Origin: Pyrinomonadaceae bacterium
GTDB taxonomy: Bacteria > Acidobacteriota > Blastocatellia > Pyrinomonadales > Pyrinomonadaceae
DNA: 64,000 nucleotides
Assembly: GCA_046313635.1 (NCBI GenBank)
Contig: JBKBYA010000010.1
Location: 67,092-131,091 of the forward strand
Direction: 5' to 3'
Shown here: positions 1-9,275 of the stretch, in pieces
How the letters are laid out: every line of letters starts with the position of its first letter
Numbering within the stretch: position 1 is the stretch's first letter
Position numbers and translations under genes: made by a program
The notes under the pieces: model-generated
Told to the model about the DNA's origin: nothing
Database searches by the model: none
The model's input: only the letters and a program-made list of their open reading frames with translations

Positions 1-147
1 GTGTCGATTTCGTTCGACATCCATAATGACGTGTGCCTTGATGGCCTTGCCGTCAAACAAATGGTCAAGCTTTCTGAAGTGTTCGGCAACGTGTGCCTTG
101 AGGGCTGGGGTGACCTCAACATGACGTCCGGTATATTCGATCTTCAT
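1..147 (-). CDS. hpf: Ribosome hibernation promoting factor / RaiA family, 5' part only (runs off window)
   Basis: Hand translation from ATG at 147: MKIEYTGRHVEVTPALKAHVAEHFRKLDHLFDGKAIKAHVIMDVERNRH, a typical HPF N-terminus. Canonical position downstream of rpoN. Not in the ORF track. Confidence 0.85.
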   Translation of the reverse strand, partial: MKIEYTGRHVEVTPALKAHVAEHFRKLDHLFDGKAIKAHVIMDVERNRH

Positions 148-196
148 AGAATCAAAAAGAACCTTGCTGCAACAGGATCGCACGCCCGCGGCGCGG

Positions 197-1786
197 TCAG
201 ATCACCGTCTTGCGCTCGCGCGATCCGGGTATCTGCATCTGATCGCGATATTTTGCGACCGTACGGCGAGAGAGCTTGACGCCCTCTTTACTGAGGATCT
301 TGGCGATCTGGTCGTCGGTGAGAGGTTTTTTGGAGTCTTCCTCCTCGATCATTTTTTTGATCTTCAGCTTGAGGATGCGGGTCGAGACCTCTTCGCCCTC
401 CTCGTTCATCATTCCCTCGCTAAAGAATCTCCTGAGCTCGATCACGCCCTGCGGCGTGTGGGCGTACTTGCGGTTGACGACGCGCGAGATGGTCGAGAGG
501 TGCATGCCGATGTCCTCGGCGACGTCCTTCAGCATCATCGGCTTGATGTACTCGACGCCCTTGTCGAGAAAGTCTCGCTGACGGCGGACGATGCATTCGA
601 CCACACGGTAGATGGTCTGTCTCCGATGCTCGATATTCCGCAGCAGGTCGACCGCCGAGCGCACCTTTTCGCGAATGAAGTCCTTGGTCTCCTTGGTCGT
701 ATCGCTCTGGTCGAGCAGCTGGTGATATGTCGGGCTGATCCTGAGACGCGGGCTGCCGTCGTCGACAAAGTAAACGACGTAGTCGTCCTCGACCTTTTCG
801 ATATAGACCTCGGGCGAGACGTAGACCGGGTCTTTGCTCGCGTAGCGGCGGCCGGGATACGGGTCGAGCTCGCGGATCTTTTGGATCTCGCGGTCGAGCG
901 CGTGCACGTCGATGCCGGTATCTTTGGACAAGTGCGCCAGACGGTGCGGCTGCAGGTCCTCGAAATGCGAGCGCACGAGCTCGGCCGCAAGCGAATCCTG
1001 CAGACCCCGGGCGCGGAGCTGCGCGAGCAGACAATCCTTGACGTCCATCGCGCCGCAGCCGACCGGGTCGAGCTGCATCACCGCCTGGCGGGCCTCTTCG
1101 ACGGTCTCGACCGGCACGCCGCCGAGCATCTGCGAGATCTCCTCGACCGGCACGGTCAGCCGTCCGTCGTCATCGAGATTGCCGATGATCATCTCGGCCG
1201 CCGCGGCGACGGTCTCGCTGACGTCGAGCAGATTCAACTGCCATTCGAGATGCTCGCTCAGCGACGGCGTATGCGACAAGAACTGCTCAAAGGACGGGGC
1301 GTCCTCCTTGTATTCGATCTCCTGCGTGCGATATCCCGGGTCGAGGTAGTCCTGAAATTCCCTTCCAAAATCGATCTCGTCAAACGAGTCGCGCGTCTCG
1401 GTCGGCGTCTCCTCGCCGGTGGTTTCAAAATTTGCGTCGCGGTCCTCGCCGTTAGTGTAGCTTTCGGCCGCCGGGCCAAGCTCGTCGACGCTCCCGGCCG
1501 TGTAACTCTCGATGCTGTCCATGGCCGCGGACGGCGTCGCGGCGTGATCTCCGTTCTCAAAGACCTCTTCGTTCCCGGTCGCGTTCTGGTCGAGGATGTT
1601 GGACGAGATCTCCTGAATCTCGTCTCCCGGCATGACCTCCTCGAGGATCGGGTTCGACACCATCTCCTGCTCGATAAGTTCGGTGAGCTCGAGAGCGGTC
1701 ATCTGCAGCATTTCGATCCTCTGACGCAGCTGTGGCGTGAGGACCATCCGTTGCTGAAGTTGGGTCGAAAGTCGCAGCGAAGACAT
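197..1786 (-). CDS. rpoN: RNA polymerase sigma-54 factor
   Basis: Region I (QQRMVLTPQLRQRIEMLQM), HTH (HLSTISRVVNRKY) and RpoN box (SRRTVAKYR). Start placed at ATG 1786. Confidence 0.97.
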   Translation of the reverse strand: MSSLRLSTQLQQRMVLTPQLRQRIEMLQMTALELTELIEQEMVSNPILEEVMPGDEIQEISSNILDQNATGNEEVFENGDHAATPSAAMDSIESYTAGSVDELGPAAESYTNGEDRDANFETTGEETPTETRDSFDEIDFGREFQDYLDPGYRTQEIEYKEDAPSFEQFLSHTPSLSEHLEWQLNLLDVSETVAAAAEMIIGNLDDDGRLTVPVEEISQMLGGVPVETVEEARQAVMQLDPVGCGAMDVKDCLLAQLRARGLQDSLAAELVRSHFEDLQPHRLAHLSKDTGIDVHALDREIQKIRELDPYPGRRYASKDPVYVSPEVYIEKVEDDYVVYFVDDGSPRLRISPTYHQLLDQSDTTKETKDFIREKVRSAVDLLRNIEHRRQTIYRVVECIVRRQRDFLDKGVEYIKPMMLKDVAEDIGMHLSTISRVVNRKYAHTPQGVIELRRFFSEGMMNEEGEEVSTRILKLKIKKMIEEEDSKKPLTDDQIAKILSKEGVKLSRRTVAKYRDQMQIPGSRERKTVI

Positions 1787-1888
1787 AGGTAAAACAGCCG
1801 CTGAAAAGTCCTGCAATCGGGGCAAAACTTACATCAATTCGTTGGCTAAAGTATATCGAGTTTGATTTGAAAATGGAAAACGATCGTT

Positions 1889-2674
1889 TCACAGCCTGAA
1901 CCGCTCGCCGAGGTACAGGCGCCGCACGTCGGCGTCGTTGACGAGCGATTCCGGGTCGCCCGATCTGAGGATGCGGCCCTCGGCCATGATATATGCGCGG
2001 TCGGTGATGCCGAGCGTCTCGCGGACGTTGTGATCGGTGATCAAAATGCCGATGCCCTGACGCTTGAGATAGACGATGATCTCGCGAATGTCGTCGATCG
2101 CAAGCGGGTCGATGCCGGCAAAGGGTTCGTCGAGCAGGATGTACGAAGGTTCGGTCGCGAGGCACCGTGCGATCTCGACGCGGCGGCGCTCGCCGCCCGA
2201 CAGCGCGTCGCCGCGGACGCGGCGAACGTGCTCGACGCCGAATTCGCCCAGCAGCTCCTCGAGCCTTGCAAAGCGGTCGGCGCGAGACATCTTCATCGTC
2301 TCGAGTACCGCGAGGATATTCTGCTCGGCCGTCAGCTTGCGAAAGATCGACGGCTCCTGCGGCAGATATCCGAGACCGAGCCTCGCTCTTAGATACATCG
2401 GCAGTGAAGAAACGTCGCGGCCGTTGATCAGAATGTCGCCGCGCTCGGCCGGCTCGAGACCGACGATCATATAGAACGTCGTCGTCTTGCCCGCGCCGTT
2501 GGCGCCGAGCAGGCCGACGACCTCGCCCTTGTTGACGTGCAGTGAGACACCGTCGACGACGCGGCGGCGGCCGTAGCTCTTTTGCAGATCGTGGGCGACG
2601 AGCGCCGTCTCGACATCGAAGGCCGCGGCTTCGTGCCGAGAGATTCGATCATTGTTTTCGACGGTATCGCGCAT
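1889..2674 (-). CDS. lptB: LPS export ABC transporter ATP-binding protein
   Basis: Walker [51 protein letters not shown]. lptB-rpoN-hpf synteny. Confidence 0.95.
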   Translation of the reverse strand: MRDTVENNDRISRHEAAAFDVETALVAHDLQKSYGRRRVVDGVSLHVNKGEVVGLLGANGAGKTTTFYMIVGLEPAERGDILINGRDVSSLPMYLRARLGLGYLPQEPSIFRKLTAEQNILAVLETMKMSRADRFARLEELLGEFGVEHVRRVRGDALSGGERRRVEIARCLATEPSYILLDEPFAGIDPLAIDDIREIIVYLKRQGIGILITDHNVRETLGITDRAYIMAEGRILRSGDPESLVNDADVRRLYLGERFRL

Positions 2675-2677
2675 CTG

Positions 2678-5344
2678 TCACTGGACGTTCGCCACTTTGT
2701 ACACCGATCTGATCCGGCCCGCCGGGCGCTGAGCTGTCTTTGCCTCGCCGACGACCCGTTTTGTTCTCAGATAGACGGTTATCTGCGCTCCCTGCGACGA
2801 GCCCTTCTCGCCGTCCTCGACCCGCGCAGGATCGCCGCGCAGGACGGCGACCTCGTCCTCGGCAGTGTACTGCACCCAGCTCCCCGCCGCCCGCCGGCCG
2901 GGCTGCGTGATGACGACATTCTGCTCGGCAATGGTCTTTGAAAGTTCGTTGCGGTCGCTCAAATAGACGTCGGCCGACTCGGCGGTGATCCGGTCTGTCC
3001 CCTGACGGATATCGACGCTGCTGCGGTAGCCGATCACACGCGTGTCGCGCGAATAGGACATCGTCGCCGACGACGCGAAAACGGGGACGGCGTCGGCCCT
3101 TCCCTTTTGCTTCACGTCGTACAGCGCGCTCTGCACATTGCCCTCTGCGTAAAACTCGCCCGAACGCTGTCGAATGACGAATTTGTCTGCGCGGACGAAG
3201 TTGTTCTCCTGCCAGCCGCGAGCGTTGCCCGAATAGACGCCGATCTCCTGCAGGTTGTCGAACTCGGCCGTATCCGCCGTCACAAAAACAGGCTTGTCGC
3301 CGCTTGCGAAAGGCGCGGCGTCCTTCATCTGCCGGCGGCTGTAATATGTCGAGCTGACCGACGAACGAAAGTAAGTCTTCTGATTCGCCGTGTCCCAGTC
3401 GATCTCGCCGGCCTTGACCCTCGCCGTCGAATCCCACGCTGTCGGCTCGCCGCCGCGCAGCCGCACCGTTCTGTCGCCCTGCGTAAAGGTCATCGCCGCG
3501 GCGACGGCGTTGCGATCGAGCTCTGTGAACTTTGCGTTGCCCTCGGCGTCGAGCCGCTCGACGTCGCGAGAGTCGGCGCCGAATGACGCGCTTATCCGGT
3601 CCGCGACGAGCGTCTGCTCGCCTCGCCCTTCGGCTGCGACGGTCGGCACGCGGACGGTCTTTGTCTTTGTCGCTCCGACGCAGATCTTTGCGTTGTTGCC
3701 CGTGTCGTAAAAGTCGCAGGTGAACCTCGGCGCCGTAATTGTCGTGCGGTAATTCTCGGCCGACGCGCGCAGCGGCTCGACGTAGACCTCGGCATTGCCG
3801 CTCGCCTCGGCACGCTGAATGTTCTTGCCCGCGGCGTCAAAGGTCGTCGTTACGCTGTCGGCGGTCAGGCGCTTGTTTGCGGCGTCAGGCCGGCTGTCGG
3901 GCGCGTTGAGCTGAATGGTCGTGCGCCCCTGCGTCGTCATCCGGTCGAGAGCGCCTTCGCCCTTGAACGCGAGCTTGATGGCCCGCGGCGACGACATCGT
4001 GATGCGCGTGAATTCGTCCGGCCTTGCAGGGACGATCACGGCGGTCGCGTTATCGACGGCCTCGGCAGTTCGCAGCCGCGCGTCATCGCCGAGATCGGCG
4101 GTCAGCTTTTCGGCCGCGGCCTGCACGGTCTGGTCCGGAGTCGTTTGACGGACAAGGGCCGAGCCCGTGACGCGCGCATTCCTGAGCCGGCGTGCGGCGT
4201 TGAAGAACGCTTCGGCCCGGTCGCCCTTGAGATAGTTGATACCCTGCGTTATCTCGGCGCCGCCGCTCAATTCGACGCGTCCGCTGGACTGCCAGTAGAC
4301 CGCCGCGGTGGACCGAATGTCGGCCGGATTCCCTTCTTTGGTCGTGACGATATGGACCGCGTCGCGCAGATCGAAGCGATCAGCCGGCCGGTCGTATGAC
4401 GCGTAGCCGGCGTCGATCGTCGTCGCGGCTGAGCCGCTCTGTTCGCTCGAGATCGAGACGCTCTCAAAAAGCTCGACCTTTGTCAGCTGAGGCTGCGACG
4501 CGGCGTCGCTCTGCGAGATCGACGCGAGCGCGCGGGCCGAGCGGCTCGTGATCGTCTGCTGCTGCGACGAACCGTCGCGGCGATGAACGATAGCCTCCAC
4601 CGCGTCGCGCAATTCGATGATCTGCCTTTGCTGGTCGAACGCCGCCCACCCCGACCTGAGACTCGCCTGCTTGAGGCCCTGCGGCGTGTCTTCGGACTCC
4701 GCGATGTCGATCGCGACGTCCCTGAGCATTTCAAGCCGCTTGGCCGCTACATTCACCGTCGCGCCGAAGCACGACCCCGAGACGTTGTCGCGGCTGAAGG
4801 TCACGGCCTCGTCCGCCTCGGCGGTCTCGGTCGATTTGGCGTAAACCAGATGCTCGGTCTCGACGTGCAGCCGGTCGCGCGTGTCGATGTCGACATCGCC
4901 CGAGAGATAGACCGTAAAATTCTTGTTCTCCTCGGGAATGTAGAGTGCCTTTTGTGCCTTCAACTTGTCGGCCGTGCTGCCGGCATCGTCATAAATCTCG
5001 ATATAGACATTCTCGAGCTCTTGATGATTATCGGTATACGTGCGGGTAAGGTCGGCCCTGACAAGATACTTGCGCACATTGCCGTCGGTCTCGAGCCGCT
5101 CGTAGCCGCTGACCTCCGCGACGACCTCGGTCGAGAGCCGCGTGTGCTCGCTGCGCAGACGAAAGGCGGGCTTGGTCTTTTCGATATAGAACCCGATGCC
5201 GACGATCAACACCGAGGCGGCCATCGCGGCGACGGCGGCCCACCGAGCGACGAGCGGCAGCCTGGCACGAATGCGGAAATCGTTTGTCTTGGAATCTGGA
5301 TCGGGCACCGGCTCAATTATCTGTTCTGAGGTCCTCGACGACAA
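2678..5344 (-). CDS. Long LptC/LptA(OstA)-like LPS transport periplasmic protein (N-terminal TM, multiple beta-jellyroll-like segments)
   Basis: One N-terminal TM helix, then beta-rich repeats. The C-terminus is LptA-like (VDIRQGTDRITAESADVYL...AEQNVVITQPGRRAAG...AVLRGDPARVED). Lies directly upstream of lptB. Start uncertain (TTG overlapping the recJ end). Confidence 0.75.
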   Translation of the reverse strand: MSSRTSEQIIEPVPDPDSKTNDFRIRARLPLVARWAAVAAMAASVLIVGIGFYIEKTKPAFRLRSEHTRLSTEVVAEVSGYERLETDGNVRKYLVRADLTRTYTDNHQELENVYIEIYDDAGSTADKLKAQKALYIPEENKNFTVYLSGDVDIDTRDRLHVETEHLVYAKSTETAEADEAVTFSRDNVSGSCFGATVNVAAKRLEMLRDVAIDIAESEDTPQGLKQASLRSGWAAFDQQRQIIELRDAVEAIVHRRDGSSQQQTITSRSARALASISQSDAASQPQLTKVELFESVSISSEQSGSAATTIDAGYASYDRPADRFDLRDAVHIVTTKEGNPADIRSTAAVYWQSSGRVELSGGAEITQGINYLKGDRAEAFFNAARRLRNARVTGSALVRQTTPDQTVQAAAEKLTADLGDDARLRTAEAVDNATAVIVPARPDEFTRITMSSPRAIKLAFKGEGALDRMTTQGRTTIQLNAPDSRPDAANKRLTADSVTTTFDAAGKNIQRAEASGNAEVYVEPLRASAENYRTTITAPRFTCDFYDTGNNAKICVGATKTKTVRVPTVAAEGRGEQTLVADRISASFGADSRDVERLDAEGNAKFTELDRNAVAAAMTFTQGDRTVRLRGGEPTAWDSTARVKAGEIDWDTANQKTYFRSSVSSTYYSRRQMKDAAPFASGDKPVFVTADTAEFDNLQEIGVYSGNARGWQENNFVRADKFVIRQRSGEFYAEGNVQSALYDVKQKGRADAVPVFASSATMSYSRDTRVIGYRSSVDIRQGTDRITAESADVYLSDRNELSKTIAEQNVVITQPGRRAAGSWVQYTAEDEVAVLRGDPARVEDGEKGSSQGAQITVYLRTKRVVGEAKTAQRPAGRIRSVYKVANVQ

Positions 5345-7016
5345 GTTGCAGGCGCGTCGAACCCTGCCATCTGTTTGCCTCGGCGACGTACGCGAGTTCG
5401 ATGCGTTTGCCGGATCTGAGAGTTTGCCCTTTTGAACGCTCGACGCCGTCCCACCACACGGCCTCGAAACGCCTTCCCGACGTCGACAGCAGGCGCATCT
5501 TGAGATGCTTGTCCTTCATCACGAGCGGTTCGCCGTCGAGAGCCAGGTCCTTGGTGACAAAGACCGGCTTTGGATTGCCCGCGCCAAAGGGCTCAAAAGC
5601 GGCGAGCGCCTCGACGAGCCTGAGATCGAGTGTCTCGGCCGAGACGTGCGCGTCGATGTGAAGCTCCGGAATGAGCCTTTCGCCGCTCAGCAGCTCGGCG
5701 GCATGGGCGCACAGCCGCTCGCGGAGGGCGTCGATGTGCTCGCATTTGATCTTCATCCCGGCGGCCGCGGCATGCCCGCCAAACTGCTCAAAGAGCTCGG
5801 CGCAAGACTCAAGCGCGTTCAGCAGATGATAATCGCCGACGCTGCGCGCGCTGCCGTGAGCGTGACCGTCGTCGTCGATCGAGAGAACGATCGTTGGGCG
5901 ATAGAGCCGCTCGGCGATCCGCGAAGCGGCAAGACCGATCACGCCGCGGTGCCAGCCGCGGCCGGCGACGACGACAAAGTTCTGATCGCCGCGAAGCGAA
6001 GATTCCTCGAGCGCGAGCTCGGTGATCCGCTGCTGCATCTGCTGGCGTTCGCGATTGCGGCTGTCGAGCATCGCGGCGAGCTCGCGGGCCTTTTCGAATG
6101 TCTCGGCCTCAAAGAGCTCGATGACGTGCCGGGCGACGTCCATTCGGCCGGCGGCGTTGATGCGCGGAGCGATGCGAAACCCGATGTGATAGCTCGTCAT
6201 CTCGCTCGTACAGTCGGCGACCTCCATCAAGGCCTTGAGGCCGTAATTGCGCGTATTCGGCAGGTCGCGGAGCCCGAGCGCGACGATCGCGCGGTTTTCG
6301 CCGTCGAGCTTCATTATGTCGGCGATGGTGCCGATCGCGGCGATCTTGAGAAATGCCGGGACGAGATGCTCCTTTTCAAAATGCCGCAGCAAAGCGTGCG
6401 CGAGCTTGAACGCGACGCCGACGCCGGCGAGATGCTTGTCTGGGTAGGCGCAGTCGGGCTGATTCGGGTTGACGACCGCGACCGCTGGCGGATTGCCGCG
6501 AACTTCGTCCGAGAGGTGATGATCGGTGACGATCACGTCGAGCCCATTCGCCGCCGCCCACTCGAGCGGCTCAAAGCTGCGAATGCCGCAGTCCACGCTG
6601 ATCACGAGCGAAAAGCCGTCGGCCTTTGCCTTCTCGAGCTCCGGAGTGTTGATGCCGTAGCCCTCTGTGAACCGGTTGGGGACGTGATAGCCCGTTTCGG
6701 CGCCGATCAGCGAGAGGGCCTTTCGCAGTAGGACCGTGCCGGTCGTGCCGTCGACGTCGTAGTCGCCCCAGATCAGTATTTTCTCTTTTGCCGCGACGGC
6801 CTTGAGGATGCGTTCGACGGCCGCGTCGAGTCCCTTGAGGAGCCGCGGGTCGTGGAGATGCTCGATCGAAGGTTTGAGAAAGCGTTCGGCCGCTTCGGGG
6901 GTTGTCTTGCCGCGGGCGATCAGAAGCGCGGCGACGAGCGGCGCGACGCCGAGCTCGGCGGCGAGGGCGCGTACGGCGGCGTGATCATGTTTTTTGACGA
7001 CCCAACGTTTTTGCAT
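5313..7016 (-). CDS. recJ: Single-stranded-DNA-specific exonuclease RecJ
   Basis: DHH motifs GDYDVDG, SVDCG, VTDHH, plus APRINAAGR, GGHAAAAG and EPFGAGNPKP. Start placed at ATG 7016. Confidence 0.96.
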   Translation of the reverse strand: MQKRWVVKKHDHAAVRALAAELGVAPLVAALLIARGKTTPEAAERFLKPSIEHLHDPRLLKGLDAAVERILKAVAAKEKILIWGDYDVDGTTGTVLLRKALSLIGAETGYHVPNRFTEGYGINTPELEKAKADGFSLVISVDCGIRSFEPLEWAAANGLDVIVTDHHLSDEVRGNPPAVAVVNPNQPDCAYPDKHLAGVGVAFKLAHALLRHFEKEHLVPAFLKIAAIGTIADIMKLDGENRAIVALGLRDLPNTRNYGLKALMEVADCTSEMTSYHIGFRIAPRINAAGRMDVARHVIELFEAETFEKARELAAMLDSRNRERQQMQQRITELALEESSLRGDQNFVVVAGRGWHRGVIGLAASRIAERLYRPTIVLSIDDDGHAHGSARSVGDYHLLNALESCAELFEQFGGHAAAAGMKIKCEHIDALRERLCAHAAELLSGERLIPELHIDAHVSAETLDLRLVEALAAFEPFGAGNPKPVFVTKDLALDGEPLVMKDKHLKMRLLSTSGRRFEAVWWDGVERSKGQTLRSGKRIELAYVAEANRWQGSTRLQLVVEDLRTDN

Positions 7017-7042
7017 GCAAAACCGGACTGACGCGGCACGGC

Positions 7043-7936
7043 TCATCTCATCACGGGACTGATCATTCCAAGCCACAAGAGCACGAGCAGCACCGAGCCG
7101 AGGACGATACGATAGATGATGAATATGGCCGTCGAGTTTCTACGCAGAAATGCGAGCAGGAACCAGATCGAGAGATAGCCGACGACCGCCGATATGACGG
7201 TCGCGACGATGAGCGGCGTCAGGCTCTCGGCGGGCAATATCCGGAGAGCTTCGCGCAGCTCGAGCAGGCCGCTCGCGGTGATCGCCGGGATCGAGAGCAA
7301 AAAGGAAAAACGCGCCGCAGTCTCGCGCCGCTGCCCGGCAAGCAGTCCGCCCATAATGGTCGAGCCCGAGCGGCTCGCGCCGGGCATCAGGGCGAGGACC
7401 TGCGCAAGACCGACGACGAGCGCGTCGCCGACGCCGAGATGCCGGATGTCCTTTCGCTGCGAGCCGACGACCTCGGCGAGCGCGAGCAGCACCGCGATCG
7501 CGATGAGCATTACCGAGATGATCCAGAGATTTTTGGTCCCCTCGCCCTCGATGAATTCCTTGGCGAGGATGCCGACCGTGCCGATCGGGATCGAGCCGAT
7601 AATGACGAGCCAGCCGAGCCACGCTTCTTCCGATAGCCAGATCGGCCGCACGCCGTCGGTACCCGAGAAGCGCATCTTCCGCTTGTGCGTCAGGTAATGC
7701 CAGTGGTCGCGTATAAAGGCCGACACGATCGACAGGATGTCGCCGGCAAAGTAGACAAAGACGGCGGCGAGCGTCCCGAGCTGAATGACGGCGATCGTCG
7801 CCGTTATCTGCTGCGGATCGCCGTTGTAGATATTGGTCCAGCGGCTCGCAAAGACGAGATGGGCGGTCGAGCTGACTGGGATGAATTCGGTCAGACCCTG
7901 GACGATCCCGAGGATGATGGCACTGATGAGATCCAT
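7043..7936 (-). CDS. uppP: Undecaprenyl-diphosphate phosphatase
   Basis: GIVQGLTEFIPVSSTAH, PGASRSGST and AARFSFLLSIP motifs; multi-TM. Confidence 0.95.
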   Translation of the reverse strand: MDLISAIILGIVQGLTEFIPVSSTAHLVFASRWTNIYNGDPQQITATIAVIQLGTLAAVFVYFAGDILSIVSAFIRDHWHYLTHKRKMRFSGTDGVRPIWLSEEAWLGWLVIIGSIPIGTVGILAKEFIEGEGTKNLWIISVMLIAIAVLLALAEVVGSQRKDIRHLGVGDALVVGLAQVLALMPGASRSGSTIMGGLLAGQRRETAARFSFLLSIPAITASGLLELREALRILPAESLTPLIVATVISAVVGYLSIWFLLAFLRRNSTAIFIIYRIVLGSVLLVLLWLGMISPVMR

Positions 7937-8021
7937 TGAATGAGTGTGAGCTGCGCGGCCGTCGCGAGATGATAGAAATTGTCCCCTTAAATCCGAACGG
8001 CGTCAAAAACCGGCACTATCG

Positions 8022-8801
8022 CTACTCTCTGTAACGAGCCCGGCCGGCGATGCGGTCGTACATCCATGCCGGCATTATCTTGCCCGCGCGGACGATCGCC
8101 GCGAGCTGCCACGGGAAAGCGGCGAACTTTTTCCGCCGCTCGATCGCGCGCACAAAAAGTGGAACGGCATCCTCGAGCTCCATCAAAAAAGGCATCTTGC
8201 TGGCCCGGCCCGAGGTCAGCGGCGTGCGGATGAATCCCGGCTGCACGATCGTCACGTCGACGCCGCGAGCCTGCACGTCGAGGCGTACGCTCTCAAAGAA
8301 CGCGGTCATCGCGGCCTTGCTCGCCGAGTAAGCCGCCGATCTCGGCAATCCTCGCACGCCGGCGAGGCTCGATATCGCGACGAGCTGCCCGCGGCCACGC
8401 TCGAGCATGCCCGGCAGCACGGCATGAACGGCATTGACGGCGCCCATCAGGTTGACGTCGACGACACGTCTGATCGCCTCGGGCTCGAGCGAACGCGTCG
8501 CCTCGTCGTTGCCGCCGATACCGGCATTGGCGATGAGCACGTCGACGCGGCCAAACCTCTCTACGGTCTGCCGGACCGCATCGCTCACCGCCGCCGCGTC
8601 GACGACGTCGAGCGGCAGCGAGAGGGCTTCACCGCCTGAGCTCTCGCACACCTGACGCAGGCGCTCGAGCTCGGCCTCACGGCGGGCGATAAGCCCCAGC
8701 TTCGCACCTCGCTTGGCGAGCGACGCGGCGAGAGCCTCGCCGATGCCGCTCGAGGCTCCGGTGATCAACACTACTTCTTTGCTCCAGTCGCGTCGCATCA
8801 T
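8022..8801 (-). CDS. Short-chain dehydrogenase/reductase
   Basis: TGASSGIG Rossmann motif, NAG, and YSASK catalytic motif. Confidence 0.92.
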   Translation of the reverse strand: MMRRDWSKEVVLITGASSGIGEALAASLAKRGAKLGLIARREAELERLRQVCESSGGEALSLPLDVVDAAAVSDAVRQTVERFGRVDVLIANAGIGGNDEATRSLEPEAIRRVVDVNLMGAVNAVHAVLPGMLERGRGQLVAISSLAGVRGLPRSAAYSASKAAMTAFFESVRLDVQARGVDVTIVQPGFIRTPLTSGRASKMPFLMELEDAVPLFVRAIERRKKFAAFPWQLAAIVRAGKIMPAWMYDRIAGRARYRE

Positions 8802-8804
8802 GTT

Positions 8805-9275
8805 TCAGCAAAGGTCCGATACGTGCTCGCCGAGGACCTTTAACGCCGCGGCGAGAGCGTCCTGCTTGATCAGCAGATGATCCCGCGAAAAGGCTGATAC
8901 CGGTACGATCGGGATGCCAGCGTCGGCAAGCGTCGCCGACACCGCGGCCATGAATCCGACCACATCGAACCCGAGCTCGATATCGAACGTCAGCATCCTG
9001 AAGCCGCTCTCGACCCGCGCTCCGCCGATCGCCGAACGCATCTTCGACAGATCGCCGTCGCTTAACAGCAGCGTGACCTCGTATCGATCGACGAGGATCA
9101 TGAACGGCGCCTCGCCGCCGCCGGGACTGACGCTCGGGTCGCCGAGCAGCTTTGCAAAAGCCGCGCGATCGATCGAGACGAGCGCAAACGTCTCGGGCGC
9201 GACGACGACCTTTGCATCGCGGAGCAGCGAGCGTGCGTCAGGCCGAGGCATGGTGATGTCCGTCGAATTCGGCAT
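8805..9275 (-). CDS. ACT-domain protein (ACT_7/CASTOR-like)
   Basis: FRMLTFDIELGFDVVGFMAAVSATLADAGIPIVPVSAFSRDHLLI matches the ACT_7 pattern. The start may be ATG 9251. Confidence 0.75.
   Translation of the reverse strand: MPNSTDITMPRPDARSLLRDAKVVVAPETFALVSIDRAAFAKLLGDPSVSPGGGEAPFMILVDRYEVTLLLSDGDLSKMRSAIGGARVESGFRMLTFDIELGFDVVGFMAAVSATLADAGIPIVPVSAFSRDHLLIKQDALAAALKVLGEHVSDLC

Noticed and set aside
164..1792. Long antisense ORFs (e.g. 164..1792 +, 5505..6731 +, 8914..10767 +, 19289..20503 -, 23924..25261 -)
   Set aside because: They are shadow frames of well-supported genes on the opposite strand, expected in high-GC DNA, and have no recognisable motifs.
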